Positions 1 to 9,851 of a stretch of DNA of 64,000 bases are shown here, in pieces. The stretch lies in the IMG/VR virus record IMGVR_UViG_3300036860_000214; one strand, given 5' to 3'. The stretch's first letter is position 1; every line of letters begins with the position of its first letter. Below the pieces are notes generated by a model. It saw only the letters and a list, made by a program, of their open reading frames with translations. It had not been told where the DNA came from and did no database searches. This DNA comes from an uncultured virus (IMG/VR IMGVR_UViG_3300036860_000214) (Duplodnaviria > Heunggongvirae > Uroviricota > Caudoviricetes). A program made the position numbers and the translations under genes.

Positions 1-620
1 TGGGTGGCCGGCGGGTCGTGCCGGTCGTAGACGCGCTGCCTCGCGCCGACGAGTAGCGGCTGGTTATCCCGTGTCCAGTCAGCTCGGAGGCAGCCGCAGG
101 AGGTCGTGTGGCCTCTGCGGAGGTCGTTACCGGAGACGGTCGTGATTGCGTCGCAGTCGCAGTAACAGACCCAGAGGGCTTGCCGCTGTTTGGTCGAGCC
201 GGCGCGGGCCTTGACAACGAGCCGGCCGAACCGCTGGCCCGTCATGTCTCGCAGCAGAACCGGCCGCAGCCCGGCCATTGCGGCATGCTCGGTGTTGCCC
301 TTCGGCGTCACCCATTCCAGGTTGCCCAACCGGTTGTTGGCCTTGTCCCCGTCCTTGTGGTTGCACTCCTGGCCCTCCGGCTTGGGGCCAATGAATGCCG
401 TCAGGATGAGCTGATGGACGAAGTACTTGCGGCTTCGTCCGCCCCGACGCAGGTTGACGGCCCGATAGCCCTTCTTGGTCAGGGAACCCGCAAGGAGCGG
501 CTCGGCGTGCCCACCTCTTGGCCTAGCAGCGACCCGTCGCACCCGGCCCTGGTCGCTGACCTCGTACCAGCCTTCCCAGCCGACGACAGATCGCCACGTC
601 TCGGGGGTAGCATCAGCCAT
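1..620 (-). CDS. NUMOD4 + HNH homing endonuclease with C-terminal Cys-rich domain; runs off the window edge and is absent from the ORF track
   Basis: Manual translation from ATG 620 (SD GGAGG): MADATPETWRSVVGWEGWYEVSDQGRVR...VHQLILTAFIGPKPEGQECNHKDGDKANNRLGNLEWVT...FGRLVV...WVCYCDC...SCGC. Confidence 0.9.
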   Translation of the reverse strand, partial: MADATPETWRSVVGWEGWYEVSDQGRVRRVAARPRGGHAEPLLAGSLTKKGYRAVNLRRGGRSRKYFVHQLILTAFIGPKPEGQECNHKDGDKANNRLGNLEWVTPKGNTEHAAMAGLRPVLLRDMTGQRFGRLVVKARAGSTKQRQALWVCYCDCDAITTVSGNDLRRGHTTSCGCLRADWTRDNQPLLVGARQRVYDRHDPPAT

Positions 621-706
621 GCTCGGCACCTCCTGGGGTGTCGCGCCACGGCCCGGGCGGCTACCACCGCGCCGGGCCACTCTATGGCCGTATTTTAGCA
701 GGTCAA
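621..706 (-). promoter_or_regulatory. HNH leader motif, copy 1 (extended -10, GC hairpin, SD hairpin)
   Basis: TGACC-TGC-TAAAAT...GAGTGGCCCGG...CCGGGCC...CGACAC-CCCAGGAG-GTGCCG-AGC-ATG. Confidence 0.75.
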
Positions 707-999
707 AGGCCATGTTCCGAATCCGTGTTCGAGGTGGGCTGCTCATCGGCGAAGGCGACTTGGCGGATCTCGAACACCAGCCTGCGCAGGTCCGCCAGCG
801 TCGGCCCGAAGGGCGACGTTTCGAGCAGCAGCCGGATCTTGGCGAGACGCTCTTGGGCCCGGCGTGTTGCTCGCAGCTCGGCGACCAGGTTCAGCCCCCA
901 GCGTGCGCATTCCTTCAGCGCCGACCCCGGCTCCGCGCGCTCCAGGCGGTAGCGGAACTCGTCGGCGTAGCGGTCCAGGTCGACCCGCTCGGCGCCCAT
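703..999 (-). CDS. Hypothetical phage protein
   Basis: Part of the coupled early operon; its TGA is the TGA of the TGACC motif. Confidence 0.55.
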   Translation of the reverse strand: MGAERVDLDRYADEFRYRLERAEPGSALKECARWGLNLVAELRATRRAQERLAKIRLLLETSPFGPTLADLRRLVFEIRQVAFADEQPTSNTDSEHGL

Positions 1000-1205
1000 C
1001 AGGACCCCCCTCCGCTGTTGTAGTAGGCATCGCTGTCGCGGTAGCCGCCTTCGTAGGCGTCGCGCTCCCACGGGTCCCAGCTCGCGACGTCCATGCGGCC
1101 GTGGCGGGCCTGTGCGTCGTGCCAGCCGTCGTCGTAGGGACTACCGACGCCCTGGTCGCCGTCGTAGTAGGCGTGGCCGTGCTTGCAGGTGAACTGGTTG
1201 AGCAT

Positions 1206-1568
1206 CTACGCCACCTTCCCGTTCCGCTCGGCGACCGCGGCGGCCTTGCGGTACTGGTAGGTGCGCCATGACGCCCGCCGGCAGGTCCAGCAGCGCCGCC
1301 TGCCGCTGCCGTTCTCCAGGTAGACGTTGGCGCCGCTGAGCTTGTGGCCGCGTTTGCAGTGGGTGCGCTGCCTGGGCCGCGGCGGCACCGGCAGATAGCG
1401 CTTGTTGAGGAAGATCAGGATGGGCTGATTGTGGAACGGTGCCCGGATGGCTGGGTCTGGGGTGGCGCAGCCGCAGTCGCAGGGGCCGCCCCACACGAGC
1501 AGGTCGCAGCATTCGCAGTCGGCTTCCCGGCAGGCGCCGCACATGCCAAGCGGCGGGGCGGGGGTCAT
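1206..1568 (-). CDS. Cys-rich protein with a THCKRGH zinc-finger like the C-termini of the HNH proteins here
   Basis: RTHCKRGHKLSGANVYLENGSGRRRCWTCRR; no HNH core visible. Confidence 0.6.
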   Translation of the reverse strand: MTPAPPLGMCGACREADCECCDLLVWGGPCDCGCATPDPAIRAPFHNQPILIFLNKRYLPVPPRPRQRTHCKRGHKLSGANVYLENGSGRRRCWTCRRASWRTYQYRKAAAVAERNGKVA

Positions 1569-1924
1569 GGCGTAGCCCTGCGGTAGCGGCGACCGAGCCG
1601 GAACCCGCCCCGCGCGGCGAGCTTGCGCTCCCGGACCCGCTCGACCTCGTCCCAACCGCCGGGGACGCGGATCTCGGCCAGTGCCCGGACGACCTCGCAG
1701 ACGTCGGCGAGTTCCTCAGCGATCGCAGTGGCGCTGCCGCGGCCGCCGTAGAAGGCGTCCAGCGCTAGGCGGACCTCTCCGGCTTCCTCCTCGAGCTTCT
1801 GGCTGAGCAGCAGTTCCCGCAACGTCCCGTCGGTGCGTTCCAGTTCGGTGCCGCCGTCATCCACGGGCACGAGGTCGCGGATCAGCTTGACGGTCACCGC
1901 GTCGCGGATCAGCTTGACGATCAC
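1565..1924 (-). CDS. MazG-like nucleotide pyrophosphohydrolase
   Basis: KLIRD...KLEEEAGEV...EELADVCEVVRAL...R..KLAARGGF. Confidence 0.8.
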   Translation of the reverse strand: MIVKLIRDAVTVKLIRDLVPVDDGGTELERTDGTLRELLLSQKLEEEAGEVRLALDAFYGGRGSATAIAEELADVCEVVRALAEIRVPGGWDEVERVRERKLAARGGFRLGRRYRRATP

Positions 1925-1927
1925 CGC
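1874..1927. repeat. 27-bp tandem duplication at the start of the MazG-like gene
   Basis: gtcgcggatcagcttgacg(g/a)tcaccgc x2, giving VKLIRD twice. Confidence 0.9.
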
Positions 1928-4176
1928 GTCCCCCTCCCCGCATCGTCGCCGGCCAGGGTCTGGTCGAACGCGGCCTGGTCGGCGGCCTCGGGGTCGGACC
2001 CGGCCGGAGGGGCTTCCCCAAGCTGATCCCCGGCGCTTGCGCGACCGGGCACCTCCGACCGGGACCGTCGGCCCCCACGGCCAGCGGGGGAAGACGCCGG
2101 CCGTGGGGACGTGGAAGCCTCGGTGTTGGGCGGTTCGTGACCGGCGGGGACGTCGGTGTCTCCGGGCCCGGTGACCGAGGCGTTAGTGTCCGAGGCGGCT
2201 CGAGATGACGGCGGGCCCGCCGTCGGGGCCGCGGGCTGCGCATGCCCCCGCCCCACCGCCTCGGACGTGAGGTCCGACCCGGTTTCGCCTGGGGGGGCCT
2301 GGGCTACTCCCGGGTCGGACGTTTCAATGGCACGTGGCGTCACGGCACGGCAGGCATCCAGTAGCACCGTCACCCAGCTCGCCAGGTTGGCGTGGCGCCA
2401 GAAGTCCTCCCAGACCTCGCCGAACGCCTCCACCTCGGCGACCTTGACGGCCTCGCGGTAGCGGTCGGACACGATCTCGCGAGTGACGAGCTCCTTGGCG
2501 GCGGCGACGCTCTCAAGCCCGCGGATGGTGTCCTCGGTGGGGATGCCGCCCTCCACGACCGCGAACCGGCTGATGGTCGCTTCTGGTTCGTCGCGGTCGG
2601 CCTGGGCCATCTCGTCGGTGGTGTAGACGCCGCCGAGTTCATGCGGGAACGTAGCCCGCCACGCCAACGCCTCGGCGCAGTTGCCGCAGCGCATCGAGAA
2701 GCCGTTGCGGCGGACGACGATCTCGCCGGACGGGACGGTGACGCACCACACGCGGCCGCTGGTGTTGTAGGTGAGGGTCAGCCCGGTGCGTCCGCTGGCG
2801 TTGCCCTTGCTGCGCGAGCTGGGCCGGCCCCAGCGGATGACCGGGATGTCGCAGCGGTCGCTGATGGTGAACATCCAGTTCGGCTTGGTGGCGATGTCGG
2901 AAGTGCGCGGCGCCGGCCGGTTGACCGCATAGCCCGCCACGACGCAGGCGACCTCGAACAGCCGGGCGTGGTCCTCCCGCGAGGTGTAGAAGCGGCGGAC
3001 CCCGGTGCGGGCGTTGATGCTGCCGTCGAAGTCGATGAGCGCATCCACGAACACGCGGGCCTGGCGCCGCGAGAGCGCGAGCATGCCAGCGGGGTCGATC
3101 CGCTTGCCGCTGTAGACCCAGCCCGGCACGGCCGACCAGTCGTAGACGAATCGGCGCTTGTCCGAGCGTGTCGTGATAGTCCGCGTCTCGGTCTGCGCCA
3201 CCATGCCTGCGGTCCGGCGGACCTGCTCATCACGGTGGAGGCCGAGCGCCCGCAGGGCCTCGACCTTGCGCTCGCGGGACACCTCGATCTTGAAGCTGGT
3301 GCCAGCGTCCGTCCCGTCGGCGAGGTAGGCGGCGGCCAGGACGAGCGTGGCGTCCTTGACCCGCGACTCAGGCGCGGAGGTCTGGACGGTGCGGGGAATC
3401 CACGAGCGGGGCTTGGTCCTGGCCTGATCGTACAGCTCGGCGGCCGGAACCTTGCCGTGGGTGGTCACCATGTCGTGGTTGGGCGTGACGCAGAAGTTCA
3501 GGTCGTCGCTGAGCAGCGTGACCATCTCGCCGTCATAGGGCTGCACGAACGGGCGGGCACCGGTCGCCCGTAGCCCCCGGTCGGTCACCTGGAGGATGCG
3601 CCCGGTGACTTGGCCGAACGGCTGGAAGCCTTGGTCGGTGAGGACCTCGGTGTCCTCTGAGAAGCACTTGGCGAGCTGCCCGGCGGGCCGGTCGGTCCAC
3701 ATGCGGGTGACGCCGCCGTCGCGCTTGGTCTGCCGGTACTCCCGCCACAGCGCCACCGCCCAGCGTGGCTCGCGGTAGCCCTTGCGCAGCACTCCGAACC
3801 TAGCGGCCGCCGGCGGCGTCTCGGACAGCCAGGCGTCGACCCACTTGCCGTCGGGGCCGCACCAGTAGGGGCCGAGCTGCGCTTCGACCTCGCCGGTCCG
3901 GTGGGCGACCAGCCGGAACCCGTCAATGCCGGGTTCGATGGAGATTTTCGACTCCATCTGGTTCGTGTCGGCGTTCCATTCCTTGCGGCGGATCGCGCGG
4001 ATCTGCTGCGCGAACGGGTCCAGCCCCATTCGCTGCGCGGTGGCCAGAAAGAGCTGCAACTCGTCATCGGAGGCGCCTTTGGGCATGAGCGTCCGCTTGA
4101 GCAGACCGATCTTCTCCTCCGACCACTCACCGATGCTCGTAACCTTGTCGCCCTTTCTTGCAAGCTGCGAGCTCAT
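1921..4176 (-). CDS. bet: Bet/RecT-family single-strand annealing recombinase containing an intein
   Basis: ASDDELQLFLATAQRMGLDPFAQQI...GIDGFRLVAHRTG...MW...QLAK|intein|CAEALAWRATFP..LGGVYTTDEM. Confidence 0.9.
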   Translation of the reverse strand: MSSQLARKGDKVTSIGEWSEEKIGLLKRTLMPKGASDDELQLFLATAQRMGLDPFAQQIRAIRRKEWNADTNQMESKISIEPGIDGFRLVAHRTGEVEAQLGPYWCGPDGKWVDAWLSETPPAAARFGVLRKGYREPRWAVALWREYRQTKRDGGVTRMWTDRPAGQLAKCFSEDTEVLTDQGFQPFGQVTGRILQVTDRGLRATGARPFVQPYDGEMVTLLSDDLNFCVTPNHDMVTTHGKVPAAELYDQARTKPRSWIPRTVQTSAPESRVKDATLVLAAAYLADGTDAGTSFKIEVSRERKVEALRALGLHRDEQVRRTAGMVAQTETRTITTRSDKRRFVYDWSAVPGWVYSGKRIDPAGMLALSRRQARVFVDALIDFDGSINARTGVRRFYTSREDHARLFEVACVVAGYAVNRPAPRTSDIATKPNWMFTISDRCDIPVIRWGRPSSRSKGNASGRTGLTLTYNTSGRVWCVTVPSGEIVVRRNGFSMRCGNCAEALAWRATFPHELGGVYTTDEMAQADRDEPEATISRFAVVEGGIPTEDTIRGLESVAAAKELVTREIVSDRYREAVKVAEVEAFGEVWEDFWRHANLASWVTVLLDACRAVTPRAIETSDPGVAQAPPGETGSDLTSEAVGRGHAQPAAPTAGPPSSRAASDTNASVTGPGDTDVPAGHEPPNTEASTSPRPASSPAGRGGRRSRSEVPGRASAGDQLGEAPPAGSDPEAADQAAFDQTLAGDDAGRGTR
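2680..3666 (-). mobile_element. Intein (329 aa) with LAGLIDADG-type endonuclease
   Basis: Begins CFSEDTEVLT, block B CVTPNHDM, motifs AAAYLADG and ALIDFDG, ends VWCVTVPSGEIVVRRNG...CGN followed by extein Cys. Confidence 0.9.
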
Positions 4177-4699
4177 CGGTTAACTCCTTCACCCGTGCTT
4201 CCAATGCCGCCACGCGGTCGTGCTGGGCCAGCATGTGCAGCCGGCGATGCGCAACGTGCGTCATCGCCTCCAAGTTCTCGGGGCGGTTGTCGTCGCGGAT
4301 GCCGTTCCTGTGGTGGACGTGCCAACCCTCGGGCAGCGGCCTGCCGTTCGCCTGCTCCCAGACCAGGATGTGCTCGCGGACGTAGCCGCGCCTGGAGGCC
4401 TTCGGATGCTCCGGCATGCGCACCATCACGTAGCCGCCAGAGATGTGGCGGCCGCCGTTCCACCGGGGATTGCGCTCGCCAGTGAACCGGCCACTCTTGC
4501 CGAGCAGGATCAGCGAGTCGTCGTGACTGCGCGCCTGAATACCCCACTTCCTGAACCAGTAGTGAACCGCTCCCTGTGTCACGCCGTAGCGTCTGGCGAT
4601 CTCCGGTTGGCTGAGCTTGTCCTCCCAATACAGCCGCATGAGCGTGTCGGGCGTGAGCCCTTTCAGGGCGAACTTGTTGTGTCCCTGGGCCACTGGCAA
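4127..4699 (-). CDS. HNH endonuclease with N-terminal HTH
   Basis: KLSQPEIARRYGVTQGAV; NPRWNGGR; GYVREHILVWE...VHHRNGIRDDNRPENLE. Confidence 0.9.
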   Translation of the reverse strand: MPVAQGHNKFALKGLTPDTLMRLYWEDKLSQPEIARRYGVTQGAVHYWFRKWGIQARSHDDSLILLGKSGRFTGERNPRWNGGRHISGGYVMVRMPEHPKASRRGYVREHILVWEQANGRPLPEGWHVHHRNGIRDDNRPENLEAMTHVAHRRLHMLAQHDRVAALEARVKELTDELAACKKGRQGYEHR

Positions 4700-4825
4700 C
4701 CTCCCTGTTAGTCGTCAGTGGCAGTTTAGCCGATGCACCCGACAAGGTGAGCGTGCGCTTTACCAGTTCCAATTGGTCGCGGGTATACCGATGGCCGGCG
4801 GTCGGAAGTGGCACGAGATTAGCGG

Positions 4826-6410
4826 TCATGCTGACGCCTCCAAGGTCTCGCAGTCGTCTGAGGGCACCCACGCGCGACCCTTCGGCAGGTCCAGCAGCAC
4901 CCACAGCCGGCCGCTGTCCAGCCACAGCCCCCACACGGTGGAGGTGACGGCCTGGTAGGTCACCAGGTCGCCGAGATCGACCCGGCGGATGCGGTGGCGC
5001 ATCTGGCCGATGCCGTTCCAGCCGGCCATTAGTTCATCCCCTGGTTCTCTTGCGCCTCTCGCAGCGCCGCCCAGACCCGCGGCGGCACCGCCACCGACGG
5101 GAGCTGCGCGGCGTCGTTCAGGCGCGCCTGGGTCAGGTCGCGGATGATCCGCTCGGCCTCGCCCAGTTGGACCTCGAGGCGGCCGGCGTAGTCGCGGTAG
5201 GCGAGGAATCGGCGGTTCCAGCGGGCGGTGGTGGCGACCTGGCGGCAGTAGGCGTCAGCGAGCGCCACAGCCTGCCGCCGTGTCCACCAGCGACCCACGG
5301 CGACCCCGACCAGCACGCCGAGCGCCACCAGGGCGCCGACGGCCAGGAACGCGGGCAAGGTCGGGGTCATGGCGCACCGTCCCGATCAAAGCTGTCCAAG
5401 AGTTCGACGAGGCGGTTACGGGCAGCGCGCAGCCCAGTCGCCTCGCCCTTGGCGAAGGCGATCTCGTACTGCTCCTCTTTGTAGGTGTCGCCTGCCGGAT
5501 CAAGCTGGTCCAGGCGATCTTGGCGTCGGCGGGCGTCCCGCTCCCGGGACTCGGCCTCGATCTCCAGGAGTTCCCGGCAGAGTTTCAGTGCAGCGCGCTC
5601 GGCGCCGGTCATGACGACCCACCTCCCGCGCCGGCTTTGGCGGTGGGTGGCGCCTGGGCGGTGACCTGCCGGCACTCCCGGCACCGCGGGTCGTAGACGT
5701 GCTCCCCGTCGGCGCCCTCGGCGTGGCCGGGCGGCGGCTGGTCGTGCCGCTGGGCGGCGAGCAGGTCGAGGGAGTCGCGCACGAACGGAGTCATGGCCGT
5801 CTCCCCGCCGTCGTCGTGGTGGTGACCGGGAGCGCCCGCAGGACCTCGTAGACGCCGAGGAGTGCTTGGTTGGTGGTGCCGACAAGCTCGGGTAGGCAGG
5901 CCTGCCGCAGCTCGTTGACGGCGCCCTCGAGGTGGCCGGCGGCCAGGTTCAGGCGAGTGCGGGCCTTACGGGTGTGGTAGGTGCGGGCGGCGCTGAGGAT
6001 CATGGCGAACGCTCCGGGGCGGGCAGGGCCAGATGCTCGACCAGGGTCGGGTAGCAGCCCTCGTCGAAGTTGCGGACGAAGGCGTAGACGTGCTCGGGGA
6101 ACTCGAACCAGTCGCCGCCACCGAGGTCGACCATGTCCAGGTCGATGGCGACGTAGGCGAGCCCCAACCCGGGGACGCGCCAGCGGACGAAGTTGCCCAG
6201 CGGGCAGTTGGTCGCCTCGCCGCGGCGTCCGGTGATGCCGAGGTTGTGCAGCAGCCGGGCGATCTCGGTGGGGTAGTTGGGCAGGTCGTGTACGGCGTAC
6301 CAGGCGCGCTCGATCGGTGGGACCTCCCGCCACGTCGGCGGCTCGGTGGGTGGGCCGACGTCGATGCGGCGGCGCTCGGTCGGAGCGAGAATCGCGGTCA
6401 TGGTGTCCAC
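4826..6410 (-). other. Run of small coupled hypothetical early genes (e.g. 4826-5029, 5029-5370, 5609-5794, 6000-6410)
   Basis: Short minus-strand ORFs with overlapping stop/start codons; 5029-5370 has an N-terminal TM helix. Confidence 0.55.
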
Positions 6411-7033
6411 CGCCCGACCTGGTTGACGTGCAGCGCCATCGCTTCAGCCTTGACCCGTTGCCGTCGTGCGCGCTCCCACTCCCGATGGCAGGCGCGGCAT
6501 GCACGCGCGCCAGCCTTGGTGATCCGCGTGTTCGCGTCATCAAATGGGTGGCCGCGCTTGCAGTGGGTCTGCGCCGCCGCCTTCGCTGATGGACTCGCCC
6601 CACGCAGCAAGTTCTCTCGGTGGGTTACCAGCTCCAGGTGCGCGGGGCCATAGCCGTCGCCAATGGCCTTCACGCAAAGCTTGGACGTGCAGCCGCGCTC
6701 CTTTACGTGGTCTGGCTCCAACCCTTCGGGGATCAACCCGACCAGTAGCGTGTAGGCATAGCGATGGGCACGGACGCGACGGGTGGGATTGCTGCTCAAC
6801 CAGAAGCGGCCATAACCGTCCCTACTCGTCTGGCCCGTCCACAGCCAGCACCCAGTCCCATCGCCCTTGTCGACCTGCTCCCAGAAGCGATATTCAGGCG
6901 GGCCGATGAGCCTGCGGCGCCTGATGACTCGCGGGTCGCCATATCGCTTCCACGTCCAATAGTGCGGCTCGCAGTAGCCCTTGGCCTTGTGCGGGTTGTC
7001 GCAATCCGGAAGCGAGCAGGTACGCTTCGCCAC
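6398..7033 (-). CDS. HNH endonuclease
   Basis: GTG start 7033; CSLPDC...RFWEQVDK...CWLWTG...AHRYAY...PDHVKERGC...HLELVTHRENLLRG...THCKRGH. Confidence 0.9.
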   Translation of the reverse strand: MAKRTCSLPDCDNPHKAKGYCEPHYWTWKRYGDPRVIRRRRLIGPPEYRFWEQVDKGDGTGCWLWTGQTSRDGYGRFWLSSNPTRRVRAHRYAYTLLVGLIPEGLEPDHVKERGCTSKLCVKAIGDGYGPAHLELVTHRENLLRGASPSAKAAAQTHCKRGHPFDDANTRITKAGARACRACHREWERARRQRVKAEAMALHVNQVGRWTP

Positions 7034-7119
7034 GGCGATCCCTCCCAGGGGGGGTCGTCCACGGCCCGGGGTGTTCCCGCACGCCCGGGCCACTCTGTGG
7101 CCGTATTCTAGCAGGTCAG
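7034..7119 (-). promoter_or_regulatory. HNH leader motif, copy 2
   Basis: TGACC-TGC-TAGAAT-ACGGCCACAGAGTGGCCCGGG...CCCGGGCC...CGACCCCCCCTGGGAGGGATCGCC-GTG. Confidence 0.75.
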
Positions 7120-9460
7120 GGGGCATATTGGCGGCTCCCGCTGCGGCATTCGATCAGGTGCAAGGCGCGTCGCGGGGCCAGCTCCGGCAGGTCATGGGCC
7201 TGGCGGTGGAAGTCGCGGGCGTTGCGGTGTGGCCGGCCCATGTCGACCCAGACCACGTAGCGCAGCGGGTCCGGCCAGGCGATCGGCGTGCCACCGGGCC
7301 GCCAGCCCGGCTCATAGCCGACCGGGTCCTGCTGACCGGGGAACCACAGGTCGACGTCGGCGACGATGCCGCCCACCACGGCCAGCGGGACGAGGGTCGC
7401 GGCGGTCATCGGGCCGCCCACCTGCCGACCGTGGCAGCGTAGCTGCAGAGCGCCTCAGCAACCTGGGCATTCATCGCTGCGCGGGTCGCGTGGTAGTCAC
7501 GGAATCCGTCGGCCTGCGGGTGCGTATCCTCGATCCGCTCGAAGACGCGGGCAGAAGCAATGGCCCGGTCGGCTGCTTCAGCGGCACCGAGCAGCGCGTC
7601 GCGGGCGCTCAGGATGTCGGCGGCCTCCACCCGGCCGTTGGTCGCGCTCATGACGCACCCCCGTCGCTGCCGTGCCGGACCAGCATCCCGGCCTTGACCG
7701 CCAGGGCGTCCTCGGCACGTTCGACCTCGACCAGGAAGCGGAGCGTCGTGATGGCCGTGGCGACGGCGCTCATCCGGCGGGCGACGTCGTCCTGGTACAG
7801 GCCCGCGTCCATGTCGATCAGGGCTTCCTCGGCGGCGAGTTCGGCGGATTTGGCGTTGGAGCGGAACCGGCCGGTGAACGGGTCGCGGCCGCCGGCGACC
7901 TGTCCCATCGACCAGGGTTGGAACCTGCCGGGGTGCTGGGCGGGCAGGGTGTCGCGGTGGACGATGCGCCCGTCGAGGCGGTAGGCGGCCATGGCGGCCA
8001 CCTCGGGGTTCTCGTGCCACCAGTGGTCGACGATCTCGTCGAAGGCGACCTCGCCGCCGCAGTCGGTGCAGGTGGCGATCTCGGTGATGAGTGGCCGACC
8101 CGACCCGGCGGCGTCGCTGCCAGCGTCCGCCCGGGACGCGACTCCCGGGGCCGGAGCGGCGGGCGCCATCCCCATGGCTTGGCCCGGGACCTCCGCCGGG
8201 GTCGGGTCGGCCTTCGGTGCCGCGCCAGTGGGGGCTGGGGCGGCGGGGTCCAGTTCCTGTCGAAGTTGCAGCGTCCTGCGCTGATCGGCCTCGAACGTCG
8301 TCTCGCTACCTGGGTCGATTCGGTGGACCATGCGGGCTACACTCCCCCTTGACTTGAGGCGCTGCCTTCTCGGTTCGCTCCCGTTGGCGGCGCCTCGGGC
8401 GTTCACGGACCGGTTGCCTGCTGCCCCACCTCCTTGCGGACCCCGGGCCAGCCGTCGTCCAGCCAGGCACCCAGCGCGGCGTGCAGCTCCATCACCGCGT
8501 CGCGATCCAGCAGTGCTGCGCGGCCGCCGCCGGTCGTGCGGTGGAACACCTTGACGAGCAAGTCGTCGGTGATCGGCCGGACATGGCGGGCGGTCACCTG
8601 CAGGACGGTGTTGTCCCGCTCCAGGTGCTCGAACAGACACGGCGTCACGGTGCCGCCTCCTTGTTGGCCGGCAGCCGCCGGGCGAACTCCGCTAGCAGTT
8701 CAGGCGGAACCACCCAAACCTCCGGGAGCGGGTCGGTGGAGAGGAAACGCCGCAGGGCGTCCTCGAACTGGTCGGACAGGGCCCGCGCCGGCGGGGTCCG
8801 CGGCGGGCGGGTCGGGGCTGAGCGGGTCGGTCCCGGGTCAGTGGGACGCCGGCGCGGGCGGCGGGTCATGGGATCGCCCCGACGGCCAGGCTCACCAGCC
8901 ATACCAGCACCACGGCCGCCGAGATCAGCCCGAGCGCGCTATCCCACTTCACGTACTCGACTTGGGCGCGGGTCGCCCTGGCGTCGCGCAGCGGGTCGGG
9001 GGTCGGGGTCATGGCGCACCGGCCTGGTCGGGTCGGTTGATCTCGTGTGCCTCTAACTGCCAGCCACCGCGTGGTGTCTCCTCAGTGCATGGCTGGCAGA
9101 ACGGGAACAGCAGATCGTTATCGCCAAAGCCGAGCGAGCCGAGCCCCTGGCGTTGGCCCCATTCATCCAGCCCGACGTGGATGTGCGGCTGGCCGCTGCC
9201 GATGGGTTCGCCACAGCCGAAGCAGATGTGATTAGCCTCGTGGGTCATCGACCCACCTCCCGCGACCCGCGGCGGGCGCCGACCCGGCAGGCGACCACGA
9301 CCACCCCGGTCACCGGACCCGCCTCCCGCTGTAGGCGCGCCACAACACGACGCAGGCGGCCTCTACCCCGACGACCACCCAGCCGCCGAGCAGCGCCGTC
9401 GCCGCCATCGACACCAGCAGCACCGCCGAGACGGCGAGGTTGTGGAGGGTCGCGGGGTCC
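7116..9460 (-). other. Run of small hypothetical early genes (e.g. 7116-7421, 7648-8331, 8403-8648, 9009-9248)
   Basis: Coupled short ORFs with no recognisable family. Confidence 0.5.
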
Positions 9461-9461
9461 A

Positions 9462-9851
9462 TCAGTCGGCCGCCCTTCCCTGCGCCCAGTCCCAGCAGAA
9501 CTTCCGGACTAGGTCGGGGTCGGCGTAGCGCCATCCGGTGGGATTCGGATACCAGAGCATTTCGCTGATGCCCTCGTTGTGACCGCGGAAGCACAGCACC
9601 GTGGTATCCGCCACCCTGCTGAGGGCATGAAACGCCCTGGTCTGCCCGTGATGCAGGCCGCCGTAGCGACCCTTCTCTTCAAGGAACAGGAAACGGTCGG
9701 CGCCACCGTCGGCCAGGTGGACCATGCCATCGATGTCGGTCGGCTCGATGCCACGCGGGAAGCAGCCCTTCAAAAAGGCCCAGTCCGGCAGCCGGTTGTC
9801 CTTGTAGCAACCGCTGACCTCGCAGTCCCACCGCAGCGTCATGGCTGCCAC
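9462..9851 (-). CDS. Putative PD-(D/E)xK nuclease-fold protein
   Basis: PTDIDG...FLFLEEK...GQ pattern. Confidence 0.55.
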   Translation of the reverse strand: MAAMTLRWDCEVSGCYKDNRLPDWAFLKGCFPRGIEPTDIDGMVHLADGGADRFLFLEEKGRYGGLHHGQTRAFHALSRVADTTVLCFRGHNEGISEMLWYPNPTGWRYADPDLVRKFCWDWAQGRAAD

